A DNA stretch of 64,000 nucleotides, taken from the NCBI GenBank assembly GCA_965246885.1, contig OZ251992.1, forward strand, positions 1,312,001-1,376,000, written 5' to 3'. Every line of letters begins with the position of its first letter. Within the stretch, counting starts at the first letter, position 1. The DNA is from Abditibacterium sp. GTDB taxonomy: Bacteria > Armatimonadota > Abditibacteriia > Abditibacteriales > Abditibacteriaceae. A model generated the notes under the pieces. The model saw nothing but the letters and a program-made list of their open reading frames with translations, made no database searches and was not told the DNA's origin. This document shows, piece after piece, positions 56,322-64,000 of the stretch. The position numbers and the translations under genes are program-made.

Positions 56322-57379
56322 ACGACACCTTCCTCGTGGACGCCAACGTCCTGCTCGCTCTCCTTCAGCCCGCGCACTCCCGCCGCGCCGAGGCCGAAGG
56401 CGCCGCGCGCGAACTCGAACGCCGCTTCGATCGCCTCGTCCTCGCGCATCAGACTCTGTACGAAATCTACGTCACCGTTACACGCCCTACCGACTCGCCC
56501 GGCGGCTGGGGGCTGTCTCCTGCTGACGCCAAACTCCTCCTCGACAAACTCCAAGTCACTTACACCCTCCTCGACGAGCGCCCCCTGTTCGACACTTGGC
56601 AACGCTTGGTCGCTACCTACAACACAAGAGGCAAGCCCTCCCACGACGCCCGCCTCGTTTCCTTCGCCATCGAGCACGGCCTCAGCCAAATCCTCACTTT
56701 CAATACCCGCGACTTCACCCGCTACGCCCCTGAAGGCGTCACTCCTATCCACCCCGCTTCACTCGCGCCGCCCGCGCGGGAGGGTTATGAGGGCAACGCG
56801 TTGGAAGACTTGGCTACTGCCTTTACTGGTATTTCTGAGTCCAGCCGAAAGCGAAATGACATCACCGCCCATCTCAAGGAAAATCTCAAAACGTGTAACG
56901 CACAACTTCAGCGGATATTCAATTGCTCCTCTTCGGACTTTGAAAAGAGGCACATGGTAAGAGAGAAACTTATTCTCTTGTCCGCCAGTATGGGCGACGC
57001 AGCAACGAGGTTGAGGCAAGAAATGAATGTCGCTAAAGAGTGCGTTGCATTAGCAGACAAAGTCGCGCCACACCTCGCTGACTCCTTCAACTTGGGCGAC
57101 TCAGACCACTGTGCCCTCGCTCGGCAACTTGCCGCTCTCTTGAAAGAAGGTATGACTGGCGGATACGCTGCCTTGGAAGTCATCCAAGGAAACAGGGAAG
57201 CCCTGAGCGAACTTGATTCTGTTCCCGAAATCCCCGACTTCGCAACCAACCGCGACCGACTCCTCACCGTTTTGGACGAAGTGGCAGCGGTTTACAATCA
57301 GGACTGGTTCGCCATGCAAGATATGGTGGATGGTCTTACAGCCTCTTTGGGCGAAGACGCCGCGCCGCATGCTCCTTGA
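56318..57379 (+). CDS. VapC-like PIN-domain protein with a ~200-aa helical C-terminal extension
   Basis: FLVDANVL, QTLYEIY, SHDARLV, ILTFNTRDF; the extension after about 56760 has lower GC. Confidence 0.8.
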   Translation: MNDTFLVDANVLLALLQPAHSRRAEAEGAARELERRFDRLVLAHQTLYEIYVTVTRPTDSPGGWGLSPADAKLLLDKLQVTYTLLDERPLFDTWQRLVATYNTRGKPSHDARLVSFAIEHGLSQILTFNTRDFTRYAPEGVTPIHPASLAPPAREGYEGNALEDLATAFTGISESSRKRNDITAHLKENLKTCNAQLQRIFNCSSSDFEKRHMVREKLILLSASMGDAATRLRQEMNVAKECVALADKVAPHLADSFNLGDSDHCALARQLAALLKEGMTGGYAALEVIQGNREALSELDSVPEIPDFATNRDRLLTVLDEVAAVYNQDWFAMQDMVDGLTASLGEDAAPHAP

Positions 57380-57415
57380 CGCGGCGCCAAGTGAAAAAGC
57401 AAGAGCGGGCATCGT

Positions 57416-58942
57416 TTACAAGTCACCTATGCGGATGAAAGGTGCACCAGAGCACATGCGGGCGCGGGCTTCGTCAGCCGTCATTTTTTCATCCAGAACG
57501 GCTTGACACAACTCCCACAACGCGACGGAATCAACGGCAGTGATTTGGTTTTCTTCCAGTCGTTCGCCCAAATCGGCCTTAAAAAAGCGACCGCCACGCT
57601 GCTTGGGTTCGTGGTCAATGGCGTAGTTCACAAGCAGCAAGGCGCGCGGGGAAGGGACATTATATTCGCGCCCGTAGCGATGTTGGTGAGTCTGCGTTTT
57701 CGTGATGAACTCCTCCTGTGCGCCGCGTCCTTTGCCCGTCGTTTTCGCTTCGCCGATGGCGAAGAATCCTGCGGTTCTGTCGTGGATGTGTAAGTCCTCT
57801 TTTTTGCGCTCGCCCGGAGCGACTTGTTCGTCCACATCCACGACCTCAAAGCCCAAAAACCGCAGCGCCTCCGCAGCATCCGAAGCGAACTGGTCTCCGG
57901 TGGAAACAAGCAAGCCCGAAAGCCACCCGAACTTTTCTCGCTCCTCGTTCGCGCGAGCGTCCAAAACGGCGGATTCCTGCTCGGCTTTGGCAAGCAAGTC
58001 TTTCTTTTCCTGCTCCAAGCGCAAAACAGTCGCGGGCTGATACTTTTCCAACCAGCCATGCTGAGGCGCATCGAAAAGATGCGGGCTGACCAGAGGAATA
58101 ACTTCTTGCATCAACGCGAGCGCCACATTGACGTTATTTGGGCCGAAGTCTGGGAGAAACAAAGCACGGCCATAGTTGTAAAAACTTACCTTTCCCTGCT
58201 GGCCGGCAAAATGAGATATATTGTTTTTGAAGGCTACAATACTTCGACTTGTCGAAGTATCCCAAGCTAACGGTATGATGTCTCGCTTCTCGCGTGAGAC
58301 GACAATGTAAGGGATATGACCATAGGTGAGAGCCGACGCCGAGTTGCAAGCCAGAACGGACTTGTTGGATCGACGGATAAAGCGTTTTAGGACTTCATTT
58401 TCAACCGCATCATCGGATAAAATCAGCGAGCTACCACTAAAGCTGGGTATTTCCAGTTCAGGAAGTGGTGTCGAACCATAATCCTCATATGTGGTTTCCG
58501 CCCGGTTCATCTGTAAATAATGGTGCACAAGAGAACCGGGTTCAAAGCTTTTTTGTGACGTCACAACGCCTAAATAATCAATGCCGATGGAAGCGAAATC
58601 TTGGGCGGAACAACCTTGGCTGACGAAGAAGACTAACCACCCGGCACGCGCCCAAACCTCTCGCACTAAATCTTCAAAGAATGGCTGAGCCTCTTCGGAG
58701 CTTGAATTGGATTGACGGGAATGCGTATAGGCGAAGCTCCCAGACTGCGCTTGTGCGAAAACAACCTCCACCTCCTGCACTGGAAAGGGGAAGAAAAACT
58801 CGTTGCGGTCTTGGGGGAGCACGCCCGTTGCGCCGCGTTTTGCTTCGAAGCCCGCGTCACGAAACTTTTTGGCGTCGGACTCGGAAAAGTCAAGCAGCAT
58901 CACACGGGGCCGCTCATGTTCAACTAATGGGATCAGGCTCAT
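57416..58942 (-). CDS. Hypothetical protein with coiled coil and C-terminal PD-(D/E)XK-like nuclease domain
   Basis: AEALRFLGFEV...KKEDLHI...AIGEAKT; lower-GC N-terminal half. Confidence 0.65.
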   Translation of the reverse strand: MSLIPLVEHERPRVMLLDFSESDAKKFRDAGFEAKRGATGVLPQDRNEFFFPFPVQEVEVVFAQAQSGSFAYTHSRQSNSSSEEAQPFFEDLVREVWARAGWLVFFVSQGCSAQDFASIGIDYLGVVTSQKSFEPGSLVHHYLQMNRAETTYEDYGSTPLPELEIPSFSGSSLILSDDAVENEVLKRFIRRSNKSVLACNSASALTYGHIPYIVVSREKRDIIPLAWDTSTSRSIVAFKNNISHFAGQQGKVSFYNYGRALFLPDFGPNNVNVALALMQEVIPLVSPHLFDAPQHGWLEKYQPATVLRLEQEKKDLLAKAEQESAVLDARANEEREKFGWLSGLLVSTGDQFASDAAEALRFLGFEVVDVDEQVAPGERKKEDLHIHDRTAGFFAIGEAKTTGKGRGAQEEFITKTQTHQHRYGREYNVPSPRALLLVNYAIDHEPKQRGGRFFKADLGERLEENQITAVDSVALWELCQAVLDEKMTADEARARMCSGAPFIRIGDL

Positions 58943-58996
58943 AATTTAATTTTACCCCAGTAAACGGGGCATGGCAGCTCGAAGTCGACGGGAATT

Positions 58997-59215
58997 GCAA
59001 CGAAGTTGTCGTAAGTCAGGAAGTTGGCGGGATAAATTAGGAAGTTGGCGGCGTAAATTGGGAAGAAGTTGTCGTAAATCAGGAAGTTGACGGGATAAAT
59101 TAGGAAGTTGACGGGATAAATTAGGAAGTTGACAGCGTAAATCACGAAGTTGGCGGCGTAAATCAGGAAGTTGACTGCGTAAATTAAGAAGTTGGCGGCG
59201 TAAATGAGGAAGATG
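58997..59215. repeat. Degenerate tandem repeat, about 10 x 21 bp (AGGAAGTTGRCGGSRTAAATY)
   Basis: Nine clear units at 59018-59206 plus degenerate flanks. Confidence 0.9.
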
Positions 59216-59256
59216 TTGGGGCGCGTGAGGTGGGTGGGCGCGGCAAACTGGGGGGT

Positions 59257-59991
59257 GTGCCTCGGCCTATTATCCTTGTTTCGGGTGGACGCACCTTGCT
59301 TCCTTCGCGTGGCGACGACGCGCAAAGCGTGAAGATCGGTTCTGACGAGCAATACGTGTCTGCCGTCGTGCGCGCGGGTGGGGCGCCGCTCCTTTTGCCG
59401 CCGCACGGCGACAAAGACGCGACGCGCGCCGCGATTGCGGTGGCCGACGCGCTGTTGCTTACGGGCGGCGGCGATATTCACTCGCTCGTTTACGGCGCGC
59501 AGCCGCATCCCAAGTCGTTCGACCAAGACCCCGCGCGCGACGCGACGGAGTTGCTCGCCGTTGACTTCGCGCTCAAAAAGCGGTTGCCGATTTTGGGCAT
59601 TTGTCGGGGATGTCAACTGCTCAACGTGGCGTTTGGCGGCGATTTGGTGCAACACATTCCCGGCGGCGACGGAGCCGTCAAGCACGAATCGCAGGGCATG
59701 GCGGGGCTGCTGCTCCATACCGTTGAAGTCGAGCCGGACAGCCTGTTGCACGGGTTGTTTCCCGTCGGCTCGATGGCGGTGAACTCCTTTCACCATCAAG
59801 CGCCGGGGCGCGTCGGCGAAGGTTTGCGCGTGGCGGCGCGGGCCTCAGACGGCACGATTGAGGCGCTCGAAGCGAGCGACGGGCGCGCCATTTTGGGCGT
59901 GATGTTTCACCCCGAAGAGTGCGCGCCGTTCTATCCGGCCTTCGATGCGGTCTTCAAATGGCTGGTGGGTCGCGCGCGTGGCAAGCGGTGA
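59257..59991 (+). CDS. Peptidase C26 / gamma-glutamyl-GABA hydrolase family glutamine amidotransferase
   Basis: LLTGGGDI, LGICRGCQLLNVAFGG, VNSFHHQA, FHPE. Confidence 0.9.
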   Translation: MPRPIILVSGGRTLLPSRGDDAQSVKIGSDEQYVSAVVRAGGAPLLLPPHGDKDATRAAIAVADALLLTGGGDIHSLVYGAQPHPKSFDQDPARDATELLAVDFALKKRLPILGICRGCQLLNVAFGGDLVQHIPGGDGAVKHESQGMAGLLLHTVEVEPDSLLHGLFPVGSMAVNSFHHQAPGRVGEGLRVAARASDGTIEALEASDGRAILGVMFHPEECAPFYPAFDAVFKWLVGRARGKR

Positions 59992-60028
59992 GTTGGCACG
60001 GTTTTGACACACTACGCGCCTTCTCCCG

Positions 60029-61078
60029 ATGGATTCGTCTCAGTCTTTGCAACGCCGCCGCCCGAAGTGGCCAATACCTGTCTTATTACTGCTGGCCTTG
60101 GGCGCGCTTGGCGTCACGGGCGTCCGCTATTGGAAGCGCGAGCAGGAGCGCCGCCGTTTATTCCGCTTTGGCCCGATTCCGATGCCCGACCGCATCGCGC
60201 GCGTGCCTTCGGAGTGGAGCGTGGACAAGTTAGCCGAGCGGTTGCAAAAGACCGGCAAGGTGCACGACGCCGTTGCTTTCGAACTCGAAGCGGGCAAAGT
60301 GGGTCTGCGCACCGTCGCGGCGGGCGCGTACGAATTGCCCCAGAACGCGGCGCCGCGCGACCTCGCGCGCATCTTCAAAGCGGGGCCGACGCTGTTCAAA
60401 GTCACCTTTCCTGAAGGCTTCACCGGCTGGCAGATGGCCGCGCGCCTGAAGAAACTGGGCTTCCAAAACGCCGACGCGTTCGGGGCGCTGGTGTATCCGT
60501 CCGGCAAAGAGTCGCCCTACGAAGGCACGCTGTTTCCGAAGACGTATAACCTGCCTTTTGACGCGCCCGCCAAGTCGCTCGTGGCGCGCTTGCAAAAGCA
60601 GTTCAAAGCGACGCTTCAAACCTTGCCGCGCCCGTTCCCGAAAGTGGCGGGCCGTCCACTTTCGACGCGCGAACTGGTGACTCTCGCATCCCTTGTTGAG
60701 CGCGAGGCGGCGTCCGCCGACGAAATGCCGCAAGTGGCGGGGGTGTTGCTGAATCGCCTCAACCGCCCGATGCGTTTGCAAGTGGACGCGGCCTTGGAAT
60801 ACGCGCGCTTGCAAAACGGGCAGGCGCACAAGAAGCGCATCTTCAACGCCGATCTGAAAGTCCGCTCGCCATATAACACCTACCTCAACGACGGCTTGCC
60901 CCCCGGCCCGATTTGTAACCCCGGTGCCGCCGCTCTCAAAGCCGCCGCCCACCCCGCCGAAACAGACGCACTGTATTACGTGTATTCGTCCAAGCTAAAG
61001 CACCACCGCTTCGCGCGCTCTTTGGCGGAGCACGTCCTCAACAAAAATTTGGCGGCGCGCGAAAAGCGGGGACGGTAA
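60029..61078 (+). CDS. mltG: Endolytic transglycosylase
   Basis: VTFPEG, EGTLFPKTY, ASLVERE, LQVDA, SPYNTY...GLPPGPICNPG. Confidence 0.92.
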   Translation: MDSSQSLQRRRPKWPIPVLLLLALGALGVTGVRYWKREQERRRLFRFGPIPMPDRIARVPSEWSVDKLAERLQKTGKVHDAVAFELEAGKVGLRTVAAGAYELPQNAAPRDLARIFKAGPTLFKVTFPEGFTGWQMAARLKKLGFQNADAFGALVYPSGKESPYEGTLFPKTYNLPFDAPAKSLVARLQKQFKATLQTLPRPFPKVAGRPLSTRELVTLASLVEREAASADEMPQVAGVLLNRLNRPMRLQVDAALEYARLQNGQAHKKRIFNADLKVRSPYNTYLNDGLPPGPICNPGAAALKAAAHPAETDALYYVYSSKLKHHRFARSLAEHVLNKNLAAREKRGR

Positions 61079-61125
61079 AGCGTTGGGCGGTGGCGGAACC
61101 CATTTTGCATCTGCGCGGCGCCAAT

Positions 61126-62196
61126 ATGAACCGCCGTTCTTTCCTCCAAAACGCTGCCCTTGGCACCGCCGCGCTCGCCGCGTCCGAAACGCTGCTGTCC
61201 GCCGCTTCGCCCGCGTCCGCCGCGACGCCCGCCATGCCGCCGCTTCCGCGCACCGTCCGGCGCGGCAACATGCCTTACCGCGCTCTTGGCAAGACCGGCG
61301 AAATGGTCTCCATCGTCGGGTTGGGCGGCTTCCACATCGGCAAACAGACCGAGGAAAGCGCGTCCATCCGCATCATTCACGCCGCCATTGATTCCGGCAT
61401 CAACTTCATGGACAACTGCTGGGACTACCACAACGGCCTGAGCGAACTGCGCATGGGCAAGGCGCTGTCGCAAGGCGGCTACCGCGACAAGGTTTTCCTG
61501 ATGACCAAGATAGACGGGCGCCCGCACTCCGTCGCTGCCAAGCAAATAGACGAATCGCTCGCGCGCCTCAAGACCGACCGCTTGGACTTGCTGCAATTCC
61601 ACGAAATCCTGCGCTACGAAGACCCAGACCGCATCTTCGCTCCCGACGGCGCCATCCATGCCGCCCTCGAAGCTCAGCAAGCCGGGAAAGTGCGCTTTAT
61701 CGGCTTTACCGGCCATAAGCATCCGAACATTCACATGGAGATGTTCCGCGTCGCCGACGAACACGGCTTCCACTTCGACACCGTGCAACACCCCGTCAAC
61801 GTAATGGATGCGCACTTCCGCTCCTTTACGCGCGGGGTCATCCTCGCCGCCCACGAACGCGGCACGGCGACCATCGGCATGAAGACTTTTGGCGACCACT
61901 TCATCCTCGACCACGTGCAAAAGTCCGGGACGGCGACCGCGACGCAACTGCTTCACTTCGGCATGTCGCAACCCGTCGCGGTCATCGTCACCGGCATTGA
62001 CTCGCTCAAAGTCTTAGACCAAGCCATCAACGCCGCGCACAGCTTCTCGCCCATGACGCCCGAAGCGCAGGCCACTTTGCTCGCCAGCACCAAAGACGCG
62101 GCCATGCACGGCAAATACGAACTCTTCAAAACCAGCGACCACTTCGACTCGACCGCCCAAAAACCCGACTGGTTGGGCAACAAACCGATGGCGTAA
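61126..62196 (+). CDS. Tat-exported aldo/keto reductase
   Basis: MNRRSFL twin-arginine signal; GINFMDNCWDY, GKVRFIGFTGH. Confidence 0.9.
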   Translation: MNRRSFLQNAALGTAALAASETLLSAASPASAATPAMPPLPRTVRRGNMPYRALGKTGEMVSIVGLGGFHIGKQTEESASIRIIHAAIDSGINFMDNCWDYHNGLSELRMGKALSQGGYRDKVFLMTKIDGRPHSVAAKQIDESLARLKTDRLDLLQFHEILRYEDPDRIFAPDGAIHAALEAQQAGKVRFIGFTGHKHPNIHMEMFRVADEHGFHFDTVQHPVNVMDAHFRSFTRGVILAAHERGTATIGMKTFGDHFILDHVQKSGTATATQLLHFGMSQPVAVIVTGIDSLKVLDQAINAAHSFSPMTPEAQATLLASTKDAAMHGKYELFKTSDHFDSTAQKPDWLGNKPMA

Positions 62197-62211
62197 CGCG
62201 ATACTATCGCC

Positions 62212-63030
62212 ATGCTCGACGCGCCCGCCGTGTGGCTCCGCTCGCTCCGCTTGGCACCGACGGAGCGCGACGAGTTCCCTCTCGGCTTGCCCGCTTTGCG
62301 CTCTGGTTTGTCCATTGACTTCGATGCGCTCGTTACCTTCTTCGCGGGCGAGAACGGGGCGGGCAAGTCCACGCTTTTGGAAATGCTCGCGCTTCGTGCT
62401 GCGCTCCCGACATTGGGCGCGCAAGACGCCGACGAAGACACTACACTTTCGGCGCTTCGCGCCGGAAGTGACGCTTTGCGCCTCAGCTGGAAGCGCCGCG
62501 CGAATCGCGGCTTCTTCTTTCGCGCCGAAGACTTCTTCGGCTTTCAAGCGCGCATTGCGGGGTTAAAACGCGGCTTGCAGGAGCAAATCGCGCGCTATGA
62601 GACGGAGTTGGGAGCCAACCGCGAGGCCGACAAGGGCATCGAGCGGGCGATTGGCTTCTTGCGCGGCCAAATCCACGAGATGGACGCGCGCTACGGTGAA
62701 GACGCGGACGCCCGCTCGCACGGTGAAGCGTTTCTCAACGCCTTTCAAGCGCGCATCGGCGCCCCCGGTTTGTATCTGCTCGACGAACCCGAAGCCGCCT
62801 TGTCGCCGCTCCGTCAAATGGCGTTCCTCAAGCTCGTCAAAGACGCCGTCGAAGCGGGAAGCCAGTTCATCATCGCCACCCACTCGCCGCTCGTTTTGCG
62901 CTTGGACGGCGCCCAGATACTCGACTTCGACCAGTCGCCGCCACGCGCTTGCGACTGGCAAGACCTTTCAAGCGTGCGTTTATGGAGCGCCTTTTGGAAC
63001 GCGCCGAGCGCGTTCTTGCGCCGCCTTTAA
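62212..63030 (+). CDS. ABC/AAA-type ATPase (COG3910-like)
   Basis: GENGAGKST, FFRAE, SHGEAF, LLDEPEAALSP, QFIIATHSP. Confidence 0.9.
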   Translation: MLDAPAVWLRSLRLAPTERDEFPLGLPALRSGLSIDFDALVTFFAGENGAGKSTLLEMLALRAALPTLGAQDADEDTTLSALRAGSDALRLSWKRRANRGFFFRAEDFFGFQARIAGLKRGLQEQIARYETELGANREADKGIERAIGFLRGQIHEMDARYGEDADARSHGEAFLNAFQARIGAPGLYLLDEPEAALSPLRQMAFLKLVKDAVEAGSQFIIATHSPLVLRLDGAQILDFDQSPPRACDWQDLSSVRLWSAFWNAPSAFLRRL

Positions 63031-63044
63031 CTTGCTTACCCGCT

Positions 63045-63998
63045 TCAAAATTCATTCAAGAACACCGCGCCCATTTCGACGCGAAAGCCAATAGAGGGCG
63101 GGGCAAGAGCAGGCGAGACTTTGAAATGGAACTTGCCATCGTTGGTTATGACGTAGCCGCCGCCTGCGCGGGCGCGGCGAACGAGGACTTCATCCGCCTC
63201 GGTGCCGGGGAGGACGACTTCGACCTCGCCCCGGTTGACCATCTCGTTGTACGCGTTGACTTCGTTCACGTTGTAGCGCAGCGAAGCATCGGCGATGAAC
63301 TCGATGGGGAAGAAGCCAAGCCGCCGCAACTCTCGTTTCATGCCCAAAAGGTTCTGGAGTTCGCCCTTGCCAAAGCGGTTTCGGGTCGCGCGCACGACAT
63401 TGGAAGCGTCCACCAAAGCGCGTTGCGTGGGCTGCGTCAAGACGCGCACATAATAGGGGTCTTGGCCGCGCAAGCGCGCCAAAAACGTGGTCTTCTTCGC
63501 CGCGTCTTTGGGCGCGATGCCTTCGAGCGCCATGTGCGCGCGGAAAGCGAACTCCTCGTCGCCCCGGTCAACGGCGCGCATCGCTTCGCGGGGCGAGGCG
63601 CGGAACTCGTGACCGTCCGCCAGCCACACGAACACTTCGTCGAGCGGTGAGGGGCGCGCGACTTTGGCTGGCTTCGCGGACGCGACGGGTGAAGGAGGCG
63701 CGGGAGTTGGCGGCGGCGCGGGGGGATTCAGGCGCGCTTCGAGGGCGGCGATTTTCTTGGCTTGCTCATCGAGCAACTGATTGACGTGACGCAACTGCTT
63801 GCGCAGCACTTTGACGGTTGAGTCCAGTTCGTCGCGCTCGCGCTCCGCCGCATTGAGGCGCCGCGTTTCGCGCTCGTCGTGCTTGCGCAGTTCCGCCAGT
63901 TGCTCCTGCGCGGCGGTCTGCGCCAACTCCAACTTCTTCGCTGCCGCCGTTTCGCGCTGCTTTTCTTCCTTGGCGCGGCGCTCGATTTCTTTCGCGGA
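63045..63998 (-). CDS. Coiled-coil protein with C-terminal NYN/PIN-like RNase domain (5' end beyond the window)
   Basis: ALVDASNV, IADAS, EADEVL, VITND; frame is open to the window edge. Confidence 0.75.
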   Translation of the reverse strand, partial: SAKEIERRAKEEKQRETAAAKKLELAQTAAQEQLAELRKHDERETRRLNAAERERDELDSTVKVLRKQLRHVNQLLDEQAKKIAALEARLNPPAPPPTPAPPSPVASAKPAKVARPSPLDEVFVWLADGHEFRASPREAMRAVDRGDEEFAFRAHMALEGIAPKDAAKKTTFLARLRGQDPYYVRVLTQPTQRALVDASNVVRATRNRFGKGELQNLLGMKRELRRLGFFPIEFIADASLRYNVNEVNAYNEMVNRGEVEVVLPGTEADEVLVRRARAGGGYVITNDGKFHFKVSPALAPPSIGFRVEMGAVFLNEF

Positions 63999-64000
63999 AG

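Noticed and set aside
58997..59215. CRISPR array, or the 286-aa minus-strand ORF 58939-59799
   Set aside because: Degenerate tandem units without spacers. The ORF is mostly antisense to the peptidase C26 gene.

Overview
GC-rich bacterial chromosomal window. Gene content (DUF1559/H-X9-DG prepilin-like protein, GntR-LacI hybrid, lpxD/skp, dapL) suggests Armatimonadota/Abditibacteriota; this is inference only. Most of the window is housekeeping, envelope and metabolic genes: purT, lpxD, tpx, moeB, dapL, two dapF, clpS, mltG, MFS pumps and tRNA-Leu(CAG). The standout is a minus-strand operon at about 1165-9950. It runs: sigma70-like promoter, a ~350-nt structured non-coding leader (45-bp perfect hairpin with closing inverted repeats; candidate retron msr-msd), a WGR/PARP-regulatory/PARP-catalytic protein with intact H-Y-E triad, a 1252-aa protein with a degenerate phage RIIA-like GHKL domain and helical repeats, a SWIM Zn-finger protein, and a retron-type reverse transcriptase (NAxxH, YADD, VTG). 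This looks like a PARP-armed, type XIII-like retron, probably for anti-phage defence. Other accessory content: an integrase-less integron remnant (attI-like site, attC, two cassettes, one with a possible DarT-like ADP-ribosyltransferase); a Y1/RAYT transposase with dispersed REPINs showing compensatory base changes; several other palindromic repeat families and 21-bp tandem repeats; three toxin-antitoxin-like pairs; an orphan DNA methyltransferase; and a PD-(D/E)XK-like protein. All domain calls come from motif recognition by eye; no searches were run.
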